NCBI GenBank assembly: GCA_965246995.1
Contig: OZ252008.1
Location: 947,986 to 1,011,985, forward strand
DNA: 64,000 nucleotides
Direction of reading: 5' to 3'
Source: Vicinamibacterales bacterium
GTDB lineage: Bacteria > Acidobacteriota > Vicinamibacteria > Vicinamibacterales > UBA8438
Positions within the stretch are counted from its first letter, which is position 1; each line of letters starts with the position of its first letter. Made by a program: the position numbers and the translations under genes. The notes beneath the pieces were generated by a model, which was given only the letters and a program-made list of their open reading frames with translations, was not told the origin of the DNA and did not search any database. Shown here piece after piece: positions 18,784-32,163 of this stretch.

Positions 18784-21312
18784 GTGCATCAGGGACTTCG
18801 CACGCTCGACAAGTTGCCGATCGGTGAGTCTGCCGTCGTCCATCGTGTCGGTTGCGAGGAACGTGTCGGTTGCCGCCTCATGGAAATGGGGTTGCTGCCC
18901 GGAACGCCGATCGAGATGGTCCGGCGGGCCCCGCTGGGCGACCCGATCGAGATCCGTCTGCGCGGTTACCTGCTGAGTCTCCGGTCCGCCGACGCCGCCG
19001 ACGTACTGCTCGCGCCCGAGGGCCATGCGGATCCCACGGATGCGTCCGGCGGTGACGGCGATTCCAATGGCAACGACGTTCGCTTCGCGGCGCATCCATC
19101 GCGTGACGCGGCGCCTCGAGAGCGCGTACCGCGTGTCCTGGTTGCCGGCAACGCGAATTCGGGGAAGACGACCATCTTCAATCTCCTGACCGGCGCGCGC
19201 GCCAGGGTGGGCAATTACCCGGGTGTGACGGTGACCCGGGCGTCGCGCGAGATCGACCTGCCGGACGGACCGCGCGTGGAGGTGGTCGATCTGCCGGGCA
19301 CCTATAGCCTGAGCACCTACTCGCCCGACGAGCAGGTGGCGGTCGACGAAGTACTGGGTCGCCGGGGTGACGACCCGGATGCGTTGGTCGTGGTGGTGGA
19401 CGCCGCCGCGCTCGAGCGTGGCTTGTACCTGGTCATGCAGATCGTCGAGACCGGTGTCCCGGTGGTCGTGGCGCTCAACATGGTGGACGAGGCGCGGGCC
19501 GCCGGCATGGAGCTCGACGCATCGAAGCTGGGCGACTGGCTCGGTGTCGCCGTCGTGCCGATGGTTGGGACGACCGGCGAGGGGCTCGACGAACTGCGAG
19601 CCGCGATCGCCCGCACGGTTGGTCTGGCGGCGCGAGAAGAGGTGGCCTGGTCCGAGTTCCCGCCGGCGGTCACAAGTGCCATTACCAGGGTGGAGCGGTC
19701 GCTCGACGGCTCGCCATTCGTTCGGACGCCCGCGGCGCGCCGCTCCTGGGCTGTCTGGTCGCTCCTGTCGCATTCGGCGGACGAGGACGACGTTGATGGG
19801 TTGCCGGACGGCGTTCGCCGCACGGTCGATGCGGTGCGCCAACAGGCGGCGGACACGCAACTGGACCTGGGCCACGGTCTGATCGCCCCGCGCTACCGCT
19901 GGATCGAGGGTGTGGTCGCGGATGTGCGGCGGGTGCGGCCCGGCACCGCGCCGAGCGTGGTCTGGACCGAGCGGATCGACGCCATCCTGACCCACCGCCT
20001 CTGGGGGCTGGGAGTGTTCGCCGGCGTGATGGCGTTGCTCTTCGAGGCGCTCTTCGCCTGGTCCGAACCGTTCATCGGTGTGATCGAGACGGTGACCGTC
20101 GGGCTGCAGAACGCCGTCACCAGCCTGTTGCCGGCTGGCGCCCTGCAGGATCTGATGGTGAATGGCGTGATAGCCGGTGTCGGCAATGTCGTCGTGTTCG
20201 TGCCGCAGATTGCAATGATCGGGTTGTTCATTGCCGTACTCGAGGATGTCGGCTATCTCTCGCGCGTCGCATTCCTGATTGACCGGCTGATGGGGCGGGT
20301 CGGCCTGCATGGGAAGGCGTTCGTTCCAATGCTGTCGGGGTTTGCCTGCGCCATTCCGGCGGTGATGGCGACCCGGACCATCGAGAGCCGGCGCGACCGG
20401 CTAATCACGATGCTGACCTTGCCGATGATCTCGTGCAGTGCGCGCCTGCCGGTCTTCGTGCTGGTGACTGCAGTGGTCTTTACGGGCAGCGCCCGGGTGT
20501 TCGGCCTGTTCAGCGCGGGCGCGGTAGTGTTGTTCGGCATGTATGCGCTCTCGGTCGCGGCGACGCTCGGCGCCGCAGCGGTGCTGCGCCGCACGGTGCT
20601 TCACGGACCGCGCCTGCCGCTCGTCCTGGAACTTCCCCCGTACCGGGTGCCGGTCTGGCGCAACGTCTCCGTAGCGACCTGGCGCGGGCTACGAAAGTTC
20701 CTGGTCGATGCCGGGACGATCATCCTGACGATGACGATCATTCTGTGGGCGCTTCTGTCGTACCCGCGGAGCACTGAGATCGCACAGCGCTACGAGGCGG
20801 AGCGCGCTACCGTGGCGGCGTCGGTGGTCGATGCGGATGCGCGGGCCGAGCAGCTTTCGGAGCTCGGCGGCCGGGAGGCGGGCGAGCAACTCCGCTACAG
20901 CGTGGCGGGACGGGTGGGCCGGTTGATGGAGCCCACGATCGAGCCGCTCGGTTTCGACTGGCGGATTGGTGTCGGCATCCTGGGGGCGTTCGCCGCGCGT
21001 GAGGTATTCGTCTCCACACTCGGGATCGTATTCGGCATCGCCGAGGCGGATGAGGAGAGCGTCTCGCTCCGCACTTCACTCCAGGAGGCGCAGCATCCCG
21101 ACGGCAGCGCATTGATGACGCCGCTCGCCGGCATATCGCTGATGGTCTTCTTCGTCCTGGCGTGCCAGTGCATGAGCACGATCGGCGTAGTCCGGCGCGA
21201 GTCCGGCTCCTGGGGCTGGCCGATCTTCATGTTCGGGTACATGTCGGTCCTCGCCTACGTTGCATCGCTTGCCGTCTACCAGGTGGGATCGCTATTTGGG
21301 TGGGGCGTCTGA
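18784..21312 (+). CDS. feoB: FeoA-FeoB fusion ferrous-iron transporter
   Basis: 842 aa. The N-terminal FeoA (SH3-like) segment is LPIGESAVVHRV...RLMEMGLLPGTPIEMVRRAPLGDPIEI. The FeoB G-domain follows (VAGNANSGKTTIFNLLTG), then the polytopic permease. Confidence 0.9.
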   Translation: MHQGLRTLDKLPIGESAVVHRVGCEERVGCRLMEMGLLPGTPIEMVRRAPLGDPIEIRLRGYLLSLRSADAADVLLAPEGHADPTDASGGDGDSNGNDVRFAAHPSRDAAPRERVPRVLVAGNANSGKTTIFNLLTGARARVGNYPGVTVTRASREIDLPDGPRVEVVDLPGTYSLSTYSPDEQVAVDEVLGRRGDDPDALVVVVDAAALERGLYLVMQIVETGVPVVVALNMVDEARAAGMELDASKLGDWLGVAVVPMVGTTGEGLDELRAAIARTVGLAAREEVAWSEFPPAVTSAITRVERSLDGSPFVRTPAARRSWAVWSLLSHSADEDDVDGLPDGVRRTVDAVRQQAADTQLDLGHGLIAPRYRWIEGVVADVRRVRPGTAPSVVWTERIDAILTHRLWGLGVFAGVMALLFEALFAWSEPFIGVIETVTVGLQNAVTSLLPAGALQDLMVNGVIAGVGNVVVFVPQIAMIGLFIAVLEDVGYLSRVAFLIDRLMGRVGLHGKAFVPMLSGFACAIPAVMATRTIESRRDRLITMLTLPMISCSARLPVFVLVTAVVFTGSARVFGLFSAGAVVLFGMYALSVAATLGAAAVLRRTVLHGPRLPLVLELPPYRVPVWRNVSVATWRGLRKFLVDAGTIILTMTIILWALLSYPRSTEIAQRYEAERATVAASVVDADARAEQLSELGGREAGEQLRYSVAGRVGRLMEPTIEPLGFDWRIGVGILGAFAAREVFVSTLGIVFGIAEADEESVSLRTSLQEAQHPDGSALMTPLAGISLMVFFVLACQCMSTIGVVRRESGSWGWPIFMFGYMSVLAYVASLAVYQVGSLFGWGV

Positions 21313-21325
21313 GAGGGAATCGCCG

Positions 21326-21598
21326 ATGGAATGGTTGATCGGCGGACCGGCGGGCTGGCAGGAAGGGGTGGCGGCAGTGATCGTGGTCGCCGCGGTGGTG
21401 TCGCTCTACCGGCACCTCCGTGGCATGTTCGGCACCGCGTCGCCCAGCGGCGGCGGTGCGGGTTGCCACGGCTGCGCCAGCGATTGCGAGGTGCCGGATC
21501 CGGCGGCGGAGCCGGGCGCCGGAACCAAGCCGGTACCCGACGGCACATCACCCGCCGCGACGCCTGTCACGGCGACGCTGCGCGGGACACTACACTGA
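21326..21598 (+). CDS. FeoB-associated Cys-rich small membrane protein (candidate)
   Basis: ATG lies 14 nt after the feoB stop. It has one TM segment (VAAVIVVAAVVSLY) followed by GGGAGCHGCASDC. The long Pro/Ala tail overlaps the convergent HD gene, so the true end is uncertain. Confidence 0.5.
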   Translation: MEWLIGGPAGWQEGVAAVIVVAAVVSLYRHLRGMFGTASPSGGGAGCHGCASDCEVPDPAAEPGAGTKPVPDGTSPAATPVTATLRGTLH

Positions 21599-22139
21599 CG
21601 AAGGCGTCGAGCCGGCGCCGGTGTTCGTCCAGGATCGGGTGCGACCAACGCGCTGTCGCGGACGCCAGCACCGTCCGCTGGTACCAGAGCATCCCCTCCA
21701 GGTCCGTATTGAACGGCTTGATGAAGACGGGACCCTGCAGCTCGAGCTCTCTCGTCATGGTGGAAAGGTTGTGGATCTTGTCGGCCGACGCGATGGCGAG
21801 CGAGCCCAGCCGCGGCGTCGTCCGGATCTGTGCAAGGTAGGTTTCCTTGCGTTCGCGCCATGGCGTCGGCTTCGGTGGTTCCGAGACATCGCGCACCATT
21901 TCGAGCACCGGCCCTCCGAAGCGCGATTCGATGATGTCCGGGTCGAGTTCGGTGTCTTCGAGGGTATCGTGCAGGATCGCGGCGACGACGGTGTCCTCGT
22001 CGAAACCGAAGTCCGCTGCGATCAGAGCAACCGACAGCACGTGTGCCACCTGGAAGCCCCGCTTCGCCTTGCGCCGGCGGAGGCCGTGTGCCTCGATCGC
22101 CGCGGTGATTGCGAGTTCGATGCGGGGAGACCAGTTCAC
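21567..22139 (-). CDS. HD-domain phosphohydrolase, RelA/SpoT-hydrolase-like (small alarmone hydrolase type)
   Basis: 190 aa with ...AHVLSVALIA...AAILHDTLEDT..., the HD signature of (p)ppGpp hydrolase domains. Confidence 0.7.
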   Translation of the reverse strand: MNWSPRIELAITAAIEAHGLRRRKAKRGFQVAHVLSVALIAADFGFDEDTVVAAILHDTLEDTELDPDIIESRFGGPVLEMVRDVSEPPKPTPWRERKETYLAQIRTTPRLGSLAIASADKIHNLSTMTRELELQGPVFIKPFNTDLEGMLWYQRTVLASATARWSHPILDEHRRRLDAFVSVVSRAASP

Positions 22140-23050
22140 TCGCCTACCGCGTTGGCACTCGGTGCGATGTAGCTCCGCCGCGCCCGCGCTCTGAGGCCCC
22201 GCTCAGCGAGCCGGACTTCGATCTCGTGGCGTTGTCCGTCGGTCCGGGGTGTGAAGCCCAGGACGTACTGGCTGTGCAGCTCCCGCGCAACGCGCGTGAA
22301 GGTCGGGCCCAGATCGGCGGCCTCGGTCAATTCGAAGTAGCCGCCGCCCGTCTCTTCGGCGAACCGCTTCAGGTTCCGGTCAGGCCGCGTCGTGACATAG
22401 CGCACGCCGTTGAAGTAGTTGCTCTCGAATCCGATGGCGTAAATCATCACTTCTTCGGCCACCGCCCGGTCGAGCACGTCGCCGGAGCCCGCGTCGCTGT
22501 CGGTGTCGTCGCCATCGGTGAACAGGAGAACGACGCGGCGGCCATCCACTGCGAGCAGCGCGTCGAGCGATGTGTACGCGGCGTCGTACACCTTCGTGGC
22601 GTTGCCGAAGTCGAGGTCGGCGAGTTCGGCGATGAGCGCATCGCGGTCACCGATGAACTGCGGCGGTGTGATCTCCACCTTGTCGTTGAATGCGCCAACC
22701 CGAGCGCGGTCGTCGGGCAGCAGACGCAGCAGGAACTGTTCGGCGCCGGCCATCAACCGGCCGCGGTTCAGATCCATGCTCGCGCTCGTGTCGAGCATGA
22801 CGACCACCGTGATCGGTCGGACGCTGTTCTCGAACACCACGATCTCGGTCGGCTCCTCGTCGTCGAGGATCGTGAAGTCCTCGCGCGTCAGATTGGGAAC
22901 CAGTCGTCCCTCCCGGTCGGTCACCGTGACGAAGAGATCGACCAGTTGCGTCCCGCTCCGAAACAACGGCTGCTGCTGGGCGGTGGCGACGGCCACAAGG
23001 AAAAGGAGCAGGAGGACAAGCGACGATCCGAGGCGGCAACGGCCACTCAT
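22136..23050 (-). CDS. VWA-domain secreted protein (VWFA-related acidobacterial type)
   Basis: 304 aa with a signal peptide. The MIDAS context is ITVVVMLDTSASMD, followed by LLFTDGDDT. The overall layout matches the acidobacterial VWFA family from memory. Confidence 0.75.
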   Translation of the reverse strand: MSGRCRLGSSLVLLLLFLVAVATAQQQPLFRSGTQLVDLFVTVTDREGRLVPNLTREDFTILDDEEPTEIVVFENSVRPITVVVMLDTSASMDLNRGRLMAGAEQFLLRLLPDDRARVGAFNDKVEITPPQFIGDRDALIAELADLDFGNATKVYDAAYTSLDALLAVDGRRVVLLFTDGDDTDSDAGSGDVLDRAVAEEVMIYAIGFESNYFNGVRYVTTRPDRNLKRFAEETGGGYFELTEAADLGPTFTRVARELHSQYVLGFTPRTDGQRHEIEVRLAERGLRARARRSYIAPSANAVGE

Positions 23051-23187
23051 CGCACCAGTTTATCGCTCCTCTCCTGTGAGGGCAACGGCGCCGCTGCGGC
23101 CGATTGTCAGCAGTGGCCGGTCGGTAGTACGGTTAACGGGACCTTGGCGGTCTGGTGGGGCGGCGCGCCCCCGGGAGGATGAGGACA

Positions 23188-23646
23188 ATGGTCATGCACG
23201 CATCGGTCGCACGCGGGTTGGTGATGCTCGTGGCGCTCGTGGTGTTCACGGCTGCGCCGGCGACGGCGGCGGTGGAAGACGGTCTGGCGGCGCCGTACCT
23301 GCACATTCAGATGGCGCTCGCCAACGATTCGATGGACGGCGTGACCGACGCCGCCGGCACAATGGCGGCCGAGGCGGAAGGCATGGGGTCACCGGCCCGG
23401 ATGATTTCCGCCACCGCACGCGCCCTGGCCGCGGCCGGCGATATCAAGACCGCCCGCGCCGCCTTCGGGCCGCTGAGCGACGCACTGATCGCCTACGGCG
23501 AGGAAGTAGGCTTCGGAGAACTCCGGGTTGCCTATTGCCCCATGGTGCGCAAGTCGTGGGTCCAGGCCGGGTCGGAACTCCGCAATCCTTTCTACGGGTC
23601 CGAGATGCTCACCTGCGGGTCCTTCCGGGAGGTGAGCAGCCGGTGA
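23188..23646 (+). CDS. DUF3347-like secreted protein
   Basis: ORF 23155..23646 trimmed to ATG 23188, downstream of GGGAGG. It has a signal peptide. The tail [11 protein letters not shown]...[12 protein letters not shown] is typical of DUF3347, which is often linked to metal genes. Confidence 0.6.
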   Translation: MVMHASVARGLVMLVALVVFTAAPATAAVEDGLAAPYLHIQMALANDSMDGVTDAAGTMAAEAEGMGSPARMISATARALAAAGDIKTARAAFGPLSDALIAYGEEVGFGELRVAYCPMVRKSWVQAGSELRNPFYGSEMLTCGSFREVSSR

Positions 23647-23656
23647 CGGCGCCGGT

Positions 23657-27397
<3,741 letters not shown>

Positions 27398-27403
27398 TCG
27401 ACG

Positions 27404-29407
27404 GTGCACGACCTCGACATCCTTCGCGACCTGGCGATCATCGCCGGTCTCGCCATCCCTGTCGTTGCGCTCGCGCACCGGTTGCGCCTGCCGCCGCTGG
27501 TCGGCTTCCTCGTGGTGGGGGTGGTGATCGGTCCCTCCGGCCTGGCGCTAATCCCGGACCCCGACGAAGTATCAGCGCTTTCCGAGATCGGCGTCGTTCT
27601 GTTGCTGTTTGCGATCGGTCTGGAGCTTTCGCTCTCCGATGTTCTCCGGCTTGGCCGCTCGGTCGTCGTGGCGGGCGGACTGCAAATCGCGGGAACCCTG
27701 GCTGCCGCCCTCGCCATCGGCCTTGCCTTCGGCCTGTCGCCCGGCCGCGCGCTCTTCTATGGCGCGCTCGCGGCGATGTCGTCGACGGCGGTCGTCAGCA
27801 AGGCGTACGCCGACCGGGGCGAACTCGACACGGCGCACGGGCGCCAGGTGATCGCGATCCTGCTCTGCCAGGACCTCTGCATTGTTCCGATACTGCTGTT
27901 GCTGCCGCTCGCCGCCGGCGGAACCGTCAATGGCGAGGCGGCCGGCCTGAGAATCCTGGTCGGTCTTGCGGCGATGACGGCGCTGGTCTTCGGCGGCCGC
28001 GTCGTCGTGCGCGCCACGCTCGACCGGATCGTCATGCTGCGCGACCGCGAGCTGTTCACGCTCTGCGTGGGTTTCTTTGGGCTCGCGACTGCGCTGGTGG
28101 CCGCGGGGACGGGCTTCTCGCTGGCGATCGGCGCATTTCTTGCCGGCCTCATCATCTCGGAGTCGGAGTACGGCCAACAGGCGCTCTCGGACGTCATCCC
28201 GTTCCGCTCGCTCTTCAGCGGTGTCTTCTTCACCTCCATCGGCATGCTGCTTGACTTGCGCGTCGTGATGGACGCGCCGTTCGCCGTTATTGGGGGGACC
28301 CTGTTACTCATCATCGCCAAGGGAGGGATTGCCACGGCGGCCGTCATCCTGCGCGGGCAACGGTTGGAGACCGGGCTCCGGAGCGGTATCAGTCTGGCGC
28401 AGTTGGGCGAGTTCTCATTCGTCCTTGCCGCGGTCGGTCTGGATCTGGGCCTGTTCGCGGGCAATCACTACCAGGTCTTCCTCGCGGCGGCGGTGCTCTC
28501 GCTGATGGCGACGCCGTTCCTGATCGGGTCCGCGTACCAGGCGTCGGAAGCGGTCGGCCGGGTGGTGCGACGCACCGTCACGCATGCCCGCGGCGTGGAG
28601 GCGGAACCGCGCGTCAGTGGCGAGTTGAGCACGTTGCGCGACCATGCAGTCGTCGTTGGCTACGGTGTTGCCGGTCGGTACCTGGGACGCATGCTGCAAG
28701 CGGCCGGCATCCGGTGCGTGGTGATCGACCAGAACGTAGAGTTGGTCCGACAGGCGCACGACGACGGGCTGCTGGCCGTTTATGGCGACGGTGCGAACTC
28801 GCTGATGCTGGAGCAGGTGGGTTGCGAGCGCGCGCGTATCGTCGTCTACGCGATCGCGTCACCGGTGGAGGAGCGCCGCGGCGTGGCGGCGGCGCGTGAG
28901 GTCGCGCCCGGAGCCACCATCGTTGTCCGGACTCGCTATGTCCGCGCCATTGACGACCTCATGCGTCTCGGCGCGAACGAGGTAGTGGTGGAGGAGTTCG
29001 AGGCGTCACTCGAGCTGTTCGCCCGCGCGCTCCGGAGCTACGCGATCCCGCCGCGCCGTATCGCGCATGAGTTGAACGCGGTGCGCGATGAACACTACGG
29101 ATTGTTACGCGGAACCGCGGCTCCCGACCTGACGCTCGACGCGCTGCAACACCTGGGCATTCACGACGCGCTCGAGCTGATCGAGGTGGAAGCAGGTTCG
29201 AGGGCCGACGGCGAGAACGCCCGCACGCTCGATCTCCGGCGGGAGACGGGGGCGATACAGATCGCTGTCGTGCGCGATGGGGTCCCCATTTACCGTCGTG
29301 ACGAGGCGTTCCGGTACCGGCCGGGAGATACTGCAGTCATCGTCGGTGATCCGGAAGCCCTGGAACGCGCTGCGGCTCTGTTCCGGGTGGGTTCTGCCGC
29401 GACCTAG
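27404..29407 (+). CDS. CPA2-family cation:proton antiporter with TrkA-N/TrkA-C domains (Kef-like)
   Basis: 667 aa. The N-terminal half has about 12 TM segments. It is followed by the Rossmann motif VVVGYGVAGRYLG and a C-terminal TrkA-C-like region. Confidence 0.9.
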   Translation: MHDLDILRDLAIIAGLAIPVVALAHRLRLPPLVGFLVVGVVIGPSGLALIPDPDEVSALSEIGVVLLLFAIGLELSLSDVLRLGRSVVVAGGLQIAGTLAAALAIGLAFGLSPGRALFYGALAAMSSTAVVSKAYADRGELDTAHGRQVIAILLCQDLCIVPILLLLPLAAGGTVNGEAAGLRILVGLAAMTALVFGGRVVVRATLDRIVMLRDRELFTLCVGFFGLATALVAAGTGFSLAIGAFLAGLIISESEYGQQALSDVIPFRSLFSGVFFTSIGMLLDLRVVMDAPFAVIGGTLLLIIAKGGIATAAVILRGQRLETGLRSGISLAQLGEFSFVLAAVGLDLGLFAGNHYQVFLAAAVLSLMATPFLIGSAYQASEAVGRVVRRTVTHARGVEAEPRVSGELSTLRDHAVVVGYGVAGRYLGRMLQAAGIRCVVIDQNVELVRQAHDDGLLAVYGDGANSLMLEQVGCERARIVVYAIASPVEERRGVAAAREVAPGATIVVRTRYVRAIDDLMRLGANEVVVEEFEASLELFARALRSYAIPPRRIAHELNAVRDEHYGLLRGTAAPDLTLDALQHLGIHDALELIEVEAGSRADGENARTLDLRRETGAIQIAVVRDGVPIYRRDEAFRYRPGDTAVIVGDPEALERAAALFRVGSAAT

Positions 29408-29415
29408 GAGCCCGT
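29404..29415. repeat. solo terminus of the 184-bp element (CTAGGAGCCCGT)
   Basis: Exact 12-nt match to the left end of the element. Its TAG is the stop codon of the antiporter gene. Confidence 0.45.
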
Positions 29416-29485
29416 CCGCAGCAGGCCGGCGTTATAAGGTGAAGTGTGCGGGTCGACGCGTCTGCCTGCGGATGCCGAACCTGCG

Positions 29486-30103
29486 ATGTATCATCCCGAC
29501 CGTACGTTCATGGAGTATCAGATCCGCCAGTACAGCCTTCAGCAGGGCGCGCTTGAGATCGAGTACATCGAGGAGAACTTCGGCGAATTCCCTCGACGCA
29601 AGCGCGCCGAGGAAGTGATCGCGCGCCTCGGCAACCGCGACCACCAGATTCTGATGGCGGAAGCGCCCCTGCCGGACGACACTTCGACTATCGTCCCGGT
29701 CGCCTACAAGGTGTCGCACGAACTCCGGCGCACCGAGAGCGAACCGAAACTGGCCGATCTGGTGGCGCGCCTCCAGCCGTCGATCGAGTTTGAGGGACGC
29801 AAGATCCTCTACAGCTGGATTGGTGGCACGCGGCGCGACTGGCGCGGCCGTGGCTTCTTTCGTGCGCTGACCGAGGAGCAGGAGGCCTGGGCGCACGAGA
29901 ATGGCTTCGCCGAAATCATCGTCAAGACGAAGAACCGCCTCTACGGCATGCGCGGAACGCTCGACCACCTGCAGTTCAACGTAATCAAGTTCGAGCCGAG
30001 CACTTCGGACAACCGTGAATCGAAGGTGTATCTCAGCAAGCAGCTCGGTCTTGAGGTGCTCGACGGTCACCGCAGCCAGCGCTCCGTCGTCCGATCGGTG
30101 TGA
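29486..30103 (+). CDS. GNAT-family N-acetyltransferase (start uncertain)
   Basis: ORF 29444..30103. The acetyl-CoA motif-A-like segment is GTRRDWRGRGFFRALTEEQEAWA. ATG 29486 is chosen; 29444 and 29510 are alternatives. Confidence 0.55.
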   Translation: MYHPDRTFMEYQIRQYSLQQGALEIEYIEENFGEFPRRKRAEEVIARLGNRDHQILMAEAPLPDDTSTIVPVAYKVSHELRRTESEPKLADLVARLQPSIEFEGRKILYSWIGGTRRDWRGRGFFRALTEEQEAWAHENGFAEIIVKTKNRLYGMRGTLDHLQFNVIKFEPSTSDNRESKVYLSKQLGLEVLDGHRSQRSVVRSV

Positions 30104-30936
30104 CACCCGCCACCATCGACACGATCGAAGATCCGCGCATCGGTGATTTCCGTGTGGTCTCCGACCCGGCACTGATGCGCGAACGGCGGCTGTTCGTCGC
30201 CGAAGGGTCGCTGGCTGTCGAGCGTCTGCTCGCCTCGCCGTTTCACATACGCGCACTGCTGGCTACGCGCAGCGCCCTGGATCGCCTGGAGCACGCGATC
30301 GCACGCCGGGAGTCCGGCGCGCCCGACATCTACGTCACCGAGTCACTGCAGTTGCGGCGGATTACCGGCTTCCGATTCCACCGCGGATGCCTTGCCCTGG
30401 GAGACCGGCCCGCGACCGGTTCAACACCGGGCGGCCTGCCGCGGCTGCGCGCGGGCGCGCCGGTTGTCGCGCTCGACGCCGTTGCCGACCCCGACAACGT
30501 CGGCGCCATCTTCCGCAACGCCGCCGCCTTCGGCGCCACGGGAGTCGTCCTGTCACCCCGGTGCGCGGATCCGCTCTACCGCAAGGCGATCCGCACGTCG
30601 ATGGCGACCACGCTCTCGCTGCCGTTTCAGGTGGCGGCTACTGCAGACTGGCCCAGCATGCTCGAGCGGTTCCGGGACGACGGCGCGCGCGTCATCGCGC
30701 TAACCCCCGCTGCGGGCGCCGCCGACCTGGAGACCTTCGTGCAGTCTTGCACCCGTGAACCGCTGGTCCTCGTCGTGGGCAACGAAGGCGACGGTGTCAG
30801 TCAGGCCGTCCTGGACGGCTGCGATGCAACCGTCCGAATCCCGCTCGATCCGGCGGTAGATTCCCTCAACGTTGCCACGGCGACCGCCATCGCCCTCCAA
30901 CGCCTCCATGGGGTGATGGGTTCCGAGGGGCGATAG
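30100..30936 (+). CDS. TrmH/SpoU-family RNA 2'-O-methyltransferase
   Basis: 278 aa with SpoU motifs DPDNVGAIFRNAAAFG, LVVGNEGDGVS and IPLDPAVDSLNVATA. It forms a GTGA overlap with the preceding gene. Confidence 0.8.
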   Translation: MTPATIDTIEDPRIGDFRVVSDPALMRERRLFVAEGSLAVERLLASPFHIRALLATRSALDRLEHAIARRESGAPDIYVTESLQLRRITGFRFHRGCLALGDRPATGSTPGGLPRLRAGAPVVALDAVADPDNVGAIFRNAAAFGATGVVLSPRCADPLYRKAIRTSMATTLSLPFQVAATADWPSMLERFRDDGARVIALTPAAGAADLETFVQSCTREPLVLVVGNEGDGVSQAVLDGCDATVRIPLDPAVDSLNVATATAIALQRLHGVMGSEGR

Positions 30937-31103
30937 CCCGTTCGGCCGGAACCGCCGCCGGGCCGCCGAGGTCTGACCGGCTGCTGCTGCTTCGAGTTGG
31001 CATTCATGGCGATGTCCACTCGGGCTTCCTCAGGAAAGTTGTTTGGCAAACACCTTCAGCTTCCTTGGTCCGGACCGAATGGACAACGTCCTAAAGGTCA
31101 CAG

Positions 31104-32096
31104 CTAGAAGATCGCGATCGGATTCAACGGCGAGCCGGTTCCCCCGATCACCGGGATCGGTCCCGCGGTCAGCATGAACTCCCACCGATTCTCCGCCGCC
31201 GCTGTCTCCGCCAGCGCCTCCAGGTCCATGTTGTCGAAGATGTCCGTCCCCAACGCTGCAATCAACAGGGTGTGGACCGGCTGTGTCACATCTTCCACCA
31301 ACGACGGCTGCACGTCGGTCGCCGCATCGCTTCCGACGAAGGCGACATCCCGCTCATGGATCCAGCGCACGACCGACGCGTGAATGCCGGCGGAGTTCCC
31401 CGAGACCTGCCAGGGTCCTTCCGCTGCACGCCGTGCCCAGCGCCCGGTCCGAATAAAGATCACGTCGCCCGATCCAACCGTCACGCCAGCCTGTTCCTCC
31501 CACGCCTCGATGTCCTCGATGTAGATCGGCGTGGCCGGTTCCAGGTACGGAACCCCCTTCAGGCGCGGTATGTCGAGCAGGATGCCCCGTGTGACGATTC
31601 CCTGCTGCAGATTGGAGATGCCGTTCTTCGTGCATCCCTCCTCGGGCGAACTCGCCGACCTGGGCACGTTGTTGTAGAACATGTCCTTGTATGCGAAATG
31701 GCAGAGCGAATCGATATGGCTGACGCCGTAGCCGTGGTACGTGAATTCGTACGTGTCGCTCGTCAGGCTCTCGGACATCGTGTGATTGAAGGCGGCATCG
31801 GGGTTGTCGACTGCCTCGTCCGGCATGGGGTTGTGCGCGAGCGAGACGGTGATCCCGCTCTGGACCAATGCTGCCGCCTCGCGCACCTTGTCCGGCGTGA
31901 TCAGGTTCGCCGTGCCGCGTTCATCGTCCGGCCCCCAGCGGCCCGCGTTCGACACCTCCTGGAAGAGAGCGTCGAATTCTTCCGCGTTGCGCGGGAAGTT
32001 CCGATCCTCCTGGCTGTCGGCGCCCGAGCAGGCGGCGATGATGACCGTGACTACCGCCGCCACTGCTGCCGATGCCGTCGTCCACTTCAGTGTCAT
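31104..32096 (-). CDS. cyclase-family protein (kynurenine-formamidase-like fold), lipoprotein
   Basis: ORF 31104..32210 trimmed to ATG 32096, downstream of AAGGAGAAGG. Codons further upstream read the repeat element. The lipobox is IIAACSG. Motifs HGYGVSHIDSLCH and DIPRLKG are present. Confidence 0.7.
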   Translation of the reverse strand: MTLKWTTASAAVAAVVTVIIAACSGADSQEDRNFPRNAEEFDALFQEVSNAGRWGPDDERGTANLITPDKVREAAALVQSGITVSLAHNPMPDEAVDNPDAAFNHTMSESLTSDTYEFTYHGYGVSHIDSLCHFAYKDMFYNNVPRSASSPEEGCTKNGISNLQQGIVTRGILLDIPRLKGVPYLEPATPIYIEDIEAWEEQAGVTVGSGDVIFIRTGRWARRAAEGPWQVSGNSAGIHASVVRWIHERDVAFVGSDAATDVQPSLVEDVTQPVHTLLIAALGTDIFDNMDLEALAETAAAENRWEFMLTAGPIPVIGGTGSPLNPIAIF

Positions 32097-32163
32097 GTTC
32101 CTTCTCCTTCGGTGCCGCCGGGTCAGGCGGCCATTGTAGCGACCCTCGTCACCGTTCGGCTTC

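Noticed and set aside
23647-23656. I looked for a cobalamin or SAM riboswitch upstream of metH.
   Set aside because: Only 10 nt separate metH from the preceding DUF3347-like gene, which leaves no room for a leader RNA.
31030-31075. GGTCCGGACCAAGGAAGCTGAAGG on the minus strand looked like the conserved SRP (4.5S) RNA domain IV motif GGUCCGGAAGGAAGCAGCC.
   Set aside because: The GNRA-type tetraloop context is replaced by a perfect GGTCC/GGACC palindrome. The flanking sequence cannot form the long SRP helix. I could not build the 5'/3' closing stem.
30937-31103. The lower-GC 167-bp gap between the convergent TrmH-like and cyclase genes. It includes the 82-aa ORF 30801..31049 (MPNNFPEEARVDIAMNANSKQQQPVRPRRP...).
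   Set aside because: The ORF is low-complexity and mostly antisense to the methyltransferase 3' end. No convincing terminator with a U-tract or structured RNA could be folded by eye.
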